The notes below the pieces were generated by a model that did not search any database, was not told the DNA's origin, and saw only the letters and a list, made by a program, of their open reading frames with translations. Position numbers and translations under genes: made by a program. Of a DNA stretch of 64,000 bases, positions 52,301 to 64,000 are shown piece by piece (the first letter of the stretch is position 1; every line of letters begins with the position of its first letter). This stretch comes from Eledone cirrhosa (Eukaryota): NCBI GenBank assembly GCA_964016885.1, contig CAXHJY010000598.1, positions 1 through 64,000 of the forward strand, written 5' to 3'.

Positions 52301-55300
52301 TGGAACCAAACCGTGTTAAACGTCAACAAAGTCCGCCGGCGAATGGTGTGCTTCGAAGAAAACGAATCCAAAAATGACGATTTGCCGGCGGAGTTACCTT
52401 TTCAATCGCGGGCCGGCCGCCCGTGGTCAGATCGATCTGTAATTACTGGTACATGTGCAGACACTCATTGGCTATGTGCGGCGTGAATTTCAGCAAGATA
52501 TCTCCGTAAAATCAATAGTTGTGGCTGTGGAACCAAACCGTGTTAAACGTCAACAAAGTCCGCCGGCGAATGGTGTGCTTCGAAGAAAACGAATCCAAAA
52601 ATGACGATTTGCCGGCGGAGTTACCTTTTTAATCGCGGGCCGGCCGCCCGTGGTCGGATCGATCTGTAATTACTGGTACATGTGCAGACACTCATTGGCT
52701 ATGTGTGGCGTGAATTTCAGCAAGATATCTCCGTAAAATCAATAGTTGTGGCTGTGGAACCAAACCGTGTTAAACGTCAACAAAGTCCGCCGGCGAATGG
52801 TGTGCTTCGAAGAAAACGAATCCAAAAATGACGATTTGCCGGCGGAGTTACCTTTTCAATCGCGGGCCGGCCGCCCGTGGTCGGATCGATCTGTAATTAC
52901 TGGTACATGTGCAGACACTCATTGGCTATGTGCGGCGTGAATTTCAGCAAGATATCTCCGTAAAATCAATAGTTGTGGCTGTGGAACCAAACCGTGTTAA
53001 ACGTCAACAAAGTCCGCCGGCGAATGGTGTGCTTCGAAGAAAACGAATCCAAAAATGACGATTTGCCGGCGGAGTTACCTTTTCAATCGCGGGCCGGCCG
53101 CCCGTGGTCGGATCGATCTGTAATTACTGGTACATGTGCAGACACTCATTGGCTATGTGTGGCGTGAATTTCAGCAAGATATCTCCGTGAATTCAATAGT
53201 TGTGGCTGTGGAACCAAACCGTGTTAAACGTCAACAAAGTCCGCCGGCGAATGGTGTGCTTCGAAGAAAACGAATCCAAAAATGACGATTTGCCGGCGGA
53301 GTTACCTTTTCAATCGCGGACCGGCCGCCCGTGGTCGGATCGATCTGTAATTACTGGTACATGTGCAGACACTCATTGGCTATGTGCGGCGTGAATTTCA
53401 GCAAGATATCTCCGTAAAATCAATAGTTGTGGCTGTGGAACCAAACCGTGTTAAACGTCAACAAAGTCCGCCGGCGAATGGTGTGCTTCGAAGAAAACGA
53501 ATCCAAAAATGACGATTTGCCGGCGGAGTTACCTTTTCAATCGCGGGCCGGCCGCCCGTGGTCAGATCGATCTGTAATTACTGGTACATGTGCAGACACT
53601 CATTGGCTATGTGCGGCGTGAATTTCAGCAAGATATCTCCGTAAAATCAATAGTTGTGGCTGTGGAACCAAACCGTGTTAAACGTCAACAAAGTCCGCCG
53701 GCGAATGGTGTGCTTCGAAGAAAACGAATCCAAAAATGACGATTTGCCGGCGGAGTTACCTTTTCAATCGCGGGCCGGCCGCCCGTGGTCGGATCGATCT
53801 GTAATTACTGGTACATGTGCAGACACTCATTGGCTATGTGTGGCGTGAATTTCAGCAAGATATCTCCGTAAATTCAATAGTTGTGGCTGTGGAACCAAAC
53901 CGTGTTAAACGTCAACAAAGTCCGCCGGCGAATGGTGTGCTTCGAAGAAAACGAATCCAAAAATGACGATTTGCCGGCGGAGTTACCTTTTTAATCGCGG
54001 GCCGGCCGCCCGTGGTCGGATCGATCTGTAATTACTGGTACATGTGCAGACACTCATTGGCTATGTGTGGCGTGAATTTCAGCAAGATATCTCCGTAAAA
54101 TCAATAGTTGTGGCTGTGGAACCAAACCGTGTTAAACGTCAACAAAGTCCGCCGGCGAATGGTGTGCTTCGAAGAAAACGAATCCAAAAATGACGATTTG
54201 CCGGCGGAGTTACCTTTTCAATCGCGGGCCGGCCGCCCGTGGTCGGATCGATCTGTAATTACTGGTACATGTGCAGACACTCATTGGCTATGTGTGGCGT
54301 GAATTTCAGCAAGATATCTCCGTAAAATCAATAGTTGTGGCTGTGGAACCAAACCGTGTTAAACGTCAACAAAGTCCGCCGGCGAATGGTGTGCTTCGAA
54401 GAAAACGAATCCAAAAATGACGATTTGCCGGCGGAGTTACCTTTTCAATCGCGGGCCGGCCGCCCGTGGTCAGATCGATCTGTAATTACTGGTACATGTG
54501 CAGACACTCATTGGCTATGTGCGGCGTGAATTTCAGCAAGATATCTCCGTAAAATCAATAGTTGTGGCTGTGGAACCAAACCGTGTTAAACGTCAACAAA
54601 GTCCGCCGGCGAATGGTGTGCTTCGAAGAAAACGAATCCAAAAATGACGATTTGCCGGCGGAGTTACCTTTTTAATCGCGGGCCGGCCGCCCGTGGTCGG
54701 ATCGATCTGTAATTACTGGTACATGTGCAGACACTCATTGGCTATGTGTGGCGTGAATTTCAGCAAGATATCTCCGTAAAATCAATAGTTGTGGCTGTGG
54801 AACCAAACCGTGTTAAACGTCAACAAAGTCCGCCGGCGAATGGTGTGCTTCGAAGAAAACGAATCCAAAAATGACGATTTGCCGGCGGAGTTACCTTTTC
54901 AATCGCGGGCCGGCCGCCCGTGGTCGGATCGATCTGTAATTACTGGTACATGTGCAGACACTCATTGGCTATGTGCGGCGTGAATTTCAGCAAGATATCT
55001 CCGTAAAATCAATAGTTGTGGCTGTGGAACCAAACCGTGTTAAACGTCAACAAAGTCCGCCGGCGAATGGTGTGCTTCGAAGAAAACGAATCCAAAAATG
55101 ACGATTTGCCGGCGGAGTTACCTTTTCAATCGCGGGCCGGCCGCCCGTGGTCGGATCGATCTGTAATTACTGGTACATGTGCAGACACTCATTGGCTATG
55201 TGTGGCGTGAATTTCAGCAAGATATCTCCGTGAATTCAATAGTTGTGGCTGTGGAACCAAACCGTGTTAAACGTCAACAAAGTCCGCCGGCGAATGGTGT

Positions 55301-58300
55301 GCTTCGAAGAAAACGAATCCAAAAATGACGATTTGCCGGCGGAGTTACCTTTTCAATCGCGGGCCGGCCGCCCGTGGTCGGATCGATCTGTAATTACTGG
55401 TACATGTGCAGACACTCATTGGCTATGTGTGGCGTGAATTTCAGCAAGATATCTCCGTAAATTCAATAGTTGTGGCTGTGGAACCAAACCGTGTTAAACG
55501 TCAACAAAGTCCGCCGGCGAATGGTGTGCTTCGAAGAAAACGAATCCAAAAATGACGATTTGCCGGCGGAGTTACCTTTTTAATCGCGGGCCGGCCGCCC
55601 GTGGTCGGATCGATCTGTAATTACTGGTACATGTGCAGACACTCATTGGCTATGTGTGGCGTGAATTTCAGCAAGATATCTCCGTAAAATCAATAGTTGT
55701 GGCTGTGGAACCAAACCGTGTTAAACGTCAACAAAGTCCGCCGGCGAATGGTGTGCTTCGAAGAAAACGAATCCAAAAATGACGATTTGCCGGCGGAGTT
55801 ACCTTTTCAATCGCGGGCCGGCCGCCCGTGGTCGGATCGATCTGTAATTACTGGTACATGTGCAGACACTCATTGGCTATGTGTGGCGTGAATTTCAGCA
55901 AGATATCTCCGTAAAATCAATAGTTGTGGCTGTGGAACCAAACCGTGTTAAACGTCAACAAAGTCCGCCGGCGAATGGTGTGCTTCGAAGAAAACGAATC
56001 CAAAAATGACGATTTGCCGGCGGAGTTACCTTTTCAATCGCGGGCCGGCCGCCCGTGGTCGGATAGATCTGTAATTACTGGTACATGTGCAGACACTCAT
56101 TGGCTATGTGCGGCGTGAATTTCAGCAAGATATCTCCGTAAAATCAATAGTTGTGGCTGTGGAACCAAACCGTGTTAAACGTCAACAAAGTCCGCCGGCG
56201 AATGGTGTGCTTCGAAGAAAACGAATCCAAAAATGACGATTTGCCGGCGGAGTTACCTTTTCAATCGCGGGCCGGCCGCCCGTGGTCGGATCGATCTGTA
56301 ATTACTGGTACATGTGCAGACACTCATTGGCTATGTGTGGCGTGAATTTCAGCAAGATATCTCCGTAAATTCAATAGTTGTGGCTGTGGAACCAAACCGT
56401 GTTAAACGTCAACAAAGTCCGCCGGCGAATGGTGTGCTTCGAAGAAAACGAATCCAAAAATGACGATTTGCCGGCGGAGTTACCTTTTTAATCGCGGGCC
56501 GGCCGCCCGTGGTCGGATCGATCTGTAATTACTGGTACATGTGCAGACACTCATTGGCTATGTGTGGCGTGAATTTCAGCAAGATATCTCCGTAAAATCA
56601 ATAGTTGTGGCTGTGGAACCAAACCGTGTTAAACGTCAACAAAGTCCGCCGGCGAATGGTGTGCTTCGAAGAAAACGAATCCAAAAATGACGATTTGCCG
56701 GCGGAGTTACCTTTTCAATCGCGGGCCGGCCGCCCGTGGTCGGATCGATCTGTAATTACTGGTACATGTGCAGACACTCATTGGCTATGTGCGGCGTGAA
56801 TTTCAGCAAGATATCTCCGTAAAATCAATAGTTGTGGCTGTGGAACCAAACCGTGTTAAACGTCAACAAAGTCCGCCGGCGAATGGTGTGCTTCGAAGAA
56901 AACGAATCCAAAAATGACGATTTGCCGGCGGAGTTACCTTTTCAATCGCGGGCCGGCCGCCCGTGTTCGGATCGATCTGTAATTACTGGTACATGTGCAG
57001 ACACTCATTGGCTATGTGTGGCGTGAATTTCAGCAAGATATCTCCGTGAATTCAATAGTTGTGGCTGTGGAACCAAACCGTGTTAAACGTCAACAAAGTC
57101 CGCCGGCGAATGGTGTGCTTCGAAGAAAACGAATCCAAAAATGACGATTTGCCGGCGGAGTTACCTTTTCAATCGCGGACCGGCCGCCCGTGGTCGGATC
57201 GATCTGTAATTACTGGTACATGTGCAGACACTCATTGGCTATGTGCGGCGTGAATTTCAGCAAGATATCTCCGTAAAATCAATAGTTGTGGCTGTGGAAC
57301 CAAACCGTGTTAAACGTCAACAAAGTCCGCCGGCGAATGGTGTGCTTCGAAGAAAACGAATCCAAAAATGACGATTTGCCGGCGGAGTTACCTTTTCAAT
57401 CGCGGGCCGGCCGCCCGTGGTCGGATCGATCTGTAATTACTGGTACATGTGCAGACACTCATTGGCTATGTGTGGCGTGAATTTCAGCAAGATATCTCCG
57501 TAAAATCAATAGTTGTGGCTGTGGAACCAAACCGTGTTAAACGTCAACAAAGTCCGCCGGCGAATGGTGTGCTTCGAAGAAAACGAATCCAAAAATGACG
57601 ATTTGCCGGCGGAGTTACCTTTTCAATCGCGGGCCGGCCGCCCGTGGTCGGATCGATCTGTAATTACTGGTACATGTGCAGACACTCATTGGCTATGTGT
57701 GGCGTGAATTTCAGCAAGATATCTCCGTAAAATCAATAGTTGTGGCTGTGGAACCAAACCGTGTTAAACGTCAACAAAGTCCGCCGGCGAATGGTGTGCT
57801 TCGAAGAAAACGAATCCAAAAATGACGATTTGCCGGCGGAGTTACCTTTTCAATCGCGGGCCGGCCGCCCGTGGTCGGATAGATCTGTAATTACTGGTAC
57901 ATGTGCAGACACTCATTGGCTATGTGCGGCGTGAATTTCAGCAAGATATCTCCGTAAAATCAATAGTTGTGGCTGTGGAACCAAACCGTGTTAAACGTCA
58001 ACAAAGTCCGCCGGCGAATGGTGTGCTTCGAAGAAAACGAATCCAAAAATGACGATTTGCCGGCGGAGTTACCTTTTCAATCGCGGGCCGGCCGCCCGTG
58101 GTCGGATCGATCTGTAATTACTGGTACATGTGCGGACACTCATTGGCTATGTGCGGCGTGAATTTCAGCAAGATATCTCCGTAAAATCAATAGTTGTGGC
58201 TGTGGAACCAAACCGTGTTAAACGTCAACAAAGTCCGCCGGCGAATGGTGTGCTTCGAAGAAAACGAATCCAAAAATGACGATTTGCCGGCGGAGTTACC

Positions 58301-61300
58301 TTTTCAATCGCGGGCCGGCCGCCCGTGGTCAGATCGATCTGTAATTGCTGGTACATGTGCAGACACTCATTGGCTATGTGTGGCGTGAATTTCAGCAAGA
58401 TATCTCCGTAAATTCAATAGTTGTGGCTGTGGAACCAAACCGTGTTAAACGTCAACAAAGTCCGCCGGCGAATGGTGTGCTTCGAAGAAAACGAATCCAA
58501 AAATGACGATTTGCCGGCGGAGTTACCTTTTCAATCGCGGGCCGGCCGCCCGTGGTCAGATCGATCTGTAATTACTGGTACATGTGCAGACACTCATTGG
58601 CTATGTGCGGCGTGAATTTCAGCAAGATATCTCCGTAAAATCAATAGTTGTGGCTGTGGAACCAAACCGTGTTAAACGTCAACAAAGTCCGCCGGCGAAT
58701 GGTGTGCTTCGAAGAAAACGAATCCAAAAATGACGATTTGCCGGCGGAGTTACCTTTTTAATCGCGGGCCGGCCGCCCGTGGTCGGATCGATCTGTAATT
58801 ACTGGTACATGTGCAGACACTCATTGGCTATGTGTGGCGTGAATTTCAGCAAGATATCTCCGTAAAATCAATAGTTGTGGCTGTGGAACCAAACCGTGTT
58901 AAACGTCAACAAAGTCCGCCGGCGAATGGTGTGCTTCGAAGAAAACGAATCCAAAAATGACGATTTGCCGGCGGAGTTACCTTTTCAATCGCGGGCCGGC
59001 CGCCCGTGGTCGGATCGATCTGTAATTACTGGTACATGTGCAGACACTCATTGGCTATGTGCGGCGTGAATTTCAGCAAGATATCTCCGTAAAATCAATA
59101 GTTGTGGCTGTGGAACCAAACCGTGTTAAACGTCAACAAAGTCCGCCGGCGAATGGTGTGCTTCGAAGAAAACGAATCCAAAAATGACGATTTGCCGGCG
59201 GAGTTACCTTTTCAATCGCGGGCCGGCCGCCCGTGGTCGGATCGATCTGTAATTACTGGTACATGTGCAGACACTCATTGGCTATGTGTGGCGTGAATTT
59301 CAGCAAGATATCTCCGTGAATTCAATAGTTGTGGCTGTGGAACCAAACCGTGTTAAACGTCAACAAAGTCCGCCGGCGAATGGTGTGCTTCGAAGAAAAC
59401 GAATCCAAAAATGACGATTTGCCGGCGGAGTTACCTTTTCAATCGCGGGCCGGCCGCCCGTGGTCAGATCGATCTGTAATTACTGGTACATGTGCAGACA
59501 CTCATTGGCTATGTGCGGCGTGAATTTCAGCAAGATATCTCCGTAAAATCAATAGTTGTGGCTGTGGAACCAAACCGTGTTAAACGTCAACAAAGTCCGC
59601 CGGCGAATGGTGTGCTTCGAAGAAAACGAATCCAAAAATGACGATTTGCCGGCGGAGTTACCTTTTCAATCGCGGGCCGGCCGCCCGTGGTCGGATCGAT
59701 CTGTAATTACTGGTACATGTGCAGACACTCATTGGCTATGTGTGGCGTGAATTTCAGCAAGATATCTCCGTAAATTCAATAGTTGTGGCTGTGGAACCAA
59801 ACCGTGTTAAACGTCAACAAAGTCCGCCGGCGAATGGTGTGCTTCGAAGAAAACGAATCCAAAAATGACGATTTGCCGGCGGAGTTACCTTTTTAATCGC
59901 GGGCCGGCCGCCCGTGGTCGGATCGATCTGTAATTACTGGTACATGTGCAGACACTCATTGGCTATGTGTGGCGTGAATTTCAGCAAGATATCTCCGTAA
60001 AATCAATAGTTGTGGCTGTGGAACCAAACCGTGTTAAACGTCAACAAAGTCCGCCGGCGAATGGTGTGCTTCGAAGAAAACGAATCCAAAAATGACGATT
60101 TGCCGGCGGAGTTACCTTTTCAATCGCGGGCCGGCCGCCCGTGGTCGGATCGATCTGTAATTACTGGTACATGTGCAGACACTCATTGGCTATGTGCGGC
60201 GTGAATTTCAGCAAGATATCTCCGTAAAATCAATAGTTGTGGCTGTGGAACCAAACCGTGTTAAACGTCAACAAAGTCCGCCGGCGAATGGTGTGCTTCG
60301 AAGAAAACGAATCCAAAAATGACGATTTGCCGGCGGAGTTACCTTTTCAATCGCGGGCCGGCCGCCCGTGGTCGGATCGATCTGTAATTACTGGTACATG
60401 TGCAGACACTCATTGGCTATGTGTGGCGTGAATTTCAGCAAGATATCTCCGTAAAATCAATAGTTGTGGCTGTGGAACCAAACCGTGTTAAACGTCAACA
60501 AAGTCCGCCGGCGAATGGTGTGCTTCGAAGAAAACGAATCCAAAAATGACGATTTGCCGGCGGAGTTACCTTTTCAATCGCGGGCCGGCCGCCCGTGGTC
60601 GGATAGATCTGTAATTACTGGTACATGTGCAGACACTCATTGGCTATGTGCGGCGTGAATTTCAGCAAGATATCTCCGTAAAATCAATAGTTGTGGCTGT
60701 GGAACCAAACCGTGTTAAACGTCAACAAAGTCCGCCGGCGAATGGTGTGCTTCGAAGAAAACGAATCCAAAAATGACGATTTGCCGGCGGAGTTACCTTT
60801 TCAATCGCGGGCCGGCCGCCCGTGGTCAGATCGATCTGTAATTACTGGTACATGTGCAGACACTCATTGGCTATGTGCGGCGTGAATTTCAGCAAGATAT
60901 CTCCGTAAAATCAATAGTTGTGGCTGTGGAACCAAACCGTGTTAAACGTCAACAAAGTCCGCCGGCGAATGGTGTGCTTCGAAGAAAACGAATCCAAAAA
61001 TGACGATTTGCCGGCGGAGTTACCTTTTCAATCGCGGGCCGGCCGCCCGTGGTCGGATCGATCTGTAATTACTGGTACATGTGCAGACACTCATTGGCTA
61101 TGTGTGGCGTGAATTTCAGCAAGATATCTCCGTAAATTCAATAGTTGTGGCTGTGGAACCAAACCGTGTTAAACGTCAACAAAGTCCGCCGGCGAATGGT
61201 GTGCTTCGAAGAAAACGAATCCAAAAATGACGATTTGCCGGCGGAGTTACCTTTTTAATCGCGGGCCGGCCGCCCGTGGTCGGATCGATCTGTAATTACT

Positions 61301-64000
61301 GGTACATGTGCAGACACTCATTGGCTATGTGTGGCGTGAATTTCAGCAAGATATCTCCGTAAAATCAATAGTTGTGGCTGTGGAACCAAACCGTGTTAAA
61401 CGTCAACAAAGTCCGCCGGCGAATGGTGTGCTTCGAAGAAAACGAATCCAAAAATGACGATTTGCCGGCGGAGTTACCTTTTCAATCGCGGGCCGGCCGC
61501 CCGTGGTCGGATCGATCTGTAATTACTGGTACATGTGCAGACACTCATTGGCTATGTGCGGCGTGAATTTCAGCAAGATATCTCCGTAAAATCAATAGTT
61601 GTGGCTGTGGAACCAAACCGTGTTAAACGTCAACAAAGTCCGCCGGCGAATGGTGTGCTTCGAAGAAAACGAATCCAAAAATGACGATTTGCCGGCGGAG
61701 TTACCTTTTCAATCGCGGGCCGGCCGCCCGTGGTCGGATCGATCTGTAATTACTGGTACATGTGCAGACACTCATTGGCTATGTGCGGCGTGAATTTCAG
61801 CAAGATATCTCCGTAAAATCAATAGTTGTGGCTGTGGAACCAAACCGTGTTAAACGTCAACAAAGTCCGCCGGCGAATGGTGTGCTTCGAAGAAAACGAA
61901 TCCAAAAATGACGATTTGCCGGCGGAGTTACCTTTTCAATCGCGGGCCGGCCGCCCGTGGTCGGATCGATCTGTAATTACTGGTACATGTGCAGACACTC
62001 ATTGGCTATGTGTGGCGTGAATTTCAGCAAGATATCTCCGTAAAATCAATAGTTGTGGCTGTGGAACCAAACCGTGTTAAACGTCAACAAAGTCCGCCGG
62101 CGAATGGTGTGCTTCGAAGAAAACGAATCCAAAAATGACGATTTGCCGGCGGAGTTACCTTTTCAATCGCGGGCCGGCCGCCCGTGGTCGGATAGATCTG
62201 TAATTACTGGTACATGTGCAGACACTCATTGGCTATGTGCGGCGTGAATTTCAGCAAGATATCTCCGTAAAATCAATAGTTGTGGCTGTGGAACCAAACC
62301 GTGTTAAACGTCAACAAAGTCCGCCGGCGAATGGTGTGCTTCGAAGAAAACGAATCCAAAAATGACGATTTGCCGGCGGAGTTACCTTTTCAATCGCGGG
62401 CCGGCCGCCCGTGGTCGGATCGATCTGTAATTACTGGTACATGTGCAGACACTCATTGGCTATGTGTGGCGTGAATTTCAGCAAGATATCTCCGTGAATT
62501 CAATAGTTGTGGCTGTGGAACCAAACCGTGTTAAACGTCAACAAAGTCCGCCGGCGAATGGTGTGCTTCGAAGAAAACGAATCCAAAAATGACGATTTGC
62601 CGGCGGAGTTACCTTTTCAATCGCGGGCCGGCCGCCCGTGGTCAGATCGATCTGTAATTACTGGTACATGTGCAGACACTCATTGGCTATGTGCGGCGTG
62701 AATTTCAGCAAGATATCTCCGTAAAATCAATAGTTGTGGCTGTGGAACCAAACCGTGTTAAACGTCAACAAAGTCCGCCGGCGAATGGTGTGCTTCGAAG
62801 AAAACGAATCCAAAAATGACGATTTGCCGGCGGAGTTACCTTTTCAATCGCGGGCCGGCCGCCCGTGGTCGGATCGATCTGTAATTACTGGTACATGTGC
62901 AGACACTCATTGGCTATGTGTGGCGTGAATTTCAGCAAGATATCTCCGTAAAATCAATAGTTGTGGCTGTGGAACCAAACCGTGTTAAACGTCAACAAAG
63001 TCCGCCGGCGAATGGTGTGCTTCGAAGAAAACGAATCCAAAAATGACGATTTGCCGGCGGAGTTACCTTTTCAATCGCGGGCCGGCCGCCCGTGGTCGGA
63101 TAGATCTGTAATTACTGGTACATGTGCAGACACTCATTGGCTATGTGCGGCGTGAATTTCAGCAAGATATCTCCGTAAAATCAATAGTTGTGGCTGTGGA
63201 ACCAAACCGTGTTAAACGTCAACAAAGTCCGCCGGCGAATGGTGTGCTTCGAAGAAAACGAATCCAAAAATGACGATTTGCCGGCGGAGTTACCTTTTCA
63301 ATCGCGGGCCGGCCGCCCGTGGTCAGATCGATCTGTAATTACTGGTACATGTGCAGACACTCATTGGCTATGTGCGGCGTGAATTTCAGCAAGATATCTC
63401 CGTAAAATCAATAGTTGTGGCTGTGGAACCAAACCGTGTTAAACGTCAACAAAGTCCGCCGGCGAATGGTGTGCTTCGAAGAAAACGAATCCAAAAATGA
63501 CGATTTGCCGGCGGAGTTACCTTTTCAATCGCGGGCCGGCCGCCCGTGGTCGGATCGATCTGTAATTACTGGTACATGTGCAGACACTCATTGGCTATGT
63601 GTGGCGTGAATTTCAGCAAGATATCTCCGTAAATTCAATAGTTGTGGCTGTGGAACCAAACCGTGTTAAACGTCAACAAAGTCCGCCGGCGAATGGTGTG
63701 CTTCGAAGAAAACGAATCCAAAAATGACGATTTGCCGGCGGAGTTACCTTTTCAATCGCGGGCCGGCCGCCCGTGGTCGGATCGATCTGTAATTACTGGT
63801 ACATGTGCAGACACTCATTGGCTATGTGTGGCGTGAATTTCAGCAAGATATCTCCGTAAAATCAATAGTTGTGGCTGTGGAACCAAACCGTGTTAAACGT
63901 CAACAAAGTCCGCCGGCGAATGGTGTGCTTCGAAGAAAACGAATCCAAAAATGACGATTTGCCGGCGGAGTTACCTTTTCAATCGCGGGCCGGCCGCCCG

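Larger units (their letters stand above)
1..64000. repeat. Tandem satellite DNA array, 227-bp monomer, about 282 head-to-tail copies, extending beyond both window edges
   Basis: Sequence 1-227 (tgtaattactggtacatgtgcagacac...ccgtggtcggatcgatc) recurs every 227 bp to the window end. All ORF-track starts are 82 + 227n (last 63642 = 82 + 280x227). Copies differ by substitutions only. Hand count gives 112 G+C of 227. Confidence 0.99.

Noticed and set aside
82-63836. Repeated 64-aa ORF (MWLWNQTV...) as a multicopy gene
   Set aside because: It starts at TTG, has no recognisable domain, and leaves only 32 bp between copies. Many copies carry premature stops (m193T gives TAA, m130T gives TGA) that spread freely, so it is an incidental open frame.
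1-64000. CRISPR array
   Set aside because: There are no unique spacers, the entire 227 bp is repeated, and no cas genes are present.
1-64000. A single fixed higher-order repeat across the window
   Set aside because: Periods change locally (16, 10, 44, 8, 11/22, 4, 7, 41, 9), and no one period explains the whole window.
1-64000. Synthetic or rolling-circle concatemer artefact of one template
   Set aside because: Variants are shared in ordered, nested patterns rather than as random errors, and there are no indels. This fits a genomic array, though exact copy number still needs read validation.
1-64000. Information-encoding binary pattern in the m42 C/T alleles
   Set aside because: The pattern is adequately explained by block duplication and recombination, and nothing in the sequence indicates a readout mechanism.

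Overview
The whole 64 kb window is one uninterrupted head-to-tail tandem satellite array: about 282 copies of a 227-bp monomer (about 49% GC, CpG-rich), all in one orientation, with no net indel and no inserted sequence. Monomers differ by only 0-4 substitutions, drawn from about 19 variable sites that I found by eye. There are no credible genes: the repeated 64-aa ORFs are a by-product of the repeat (TTG start, many copies broken by stop alleles). The order of variant monomers reveals nested higher-order repeats and block duplications with offsets of 4, 7, 8, 10, 11, 16, 22, 41 and 44 monomers, plus recombinant hybrid monomers at block junctions. This looks like a recently homogenised eukaryotic centromeric or heterochromatic satellite, but organism and function cannot be established from sequence alone. 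Each monomer carries a 19-bp imperfect inverted repeat whose loop holds a CENP-B-box-like TTCG-N7-CGAA motif, lying in an apparently invariant 57-bp core. It also has a GC-rich hairpin, many short palindromes and 10-bp-phased A-tracts. Speculatively, the minus strand shows a splice-donor plus Sm-site-like arrangement reminiscent of spliced-leader RNA gene arrays. Monomer positions quoted as m# refer to the first copy (1-227).
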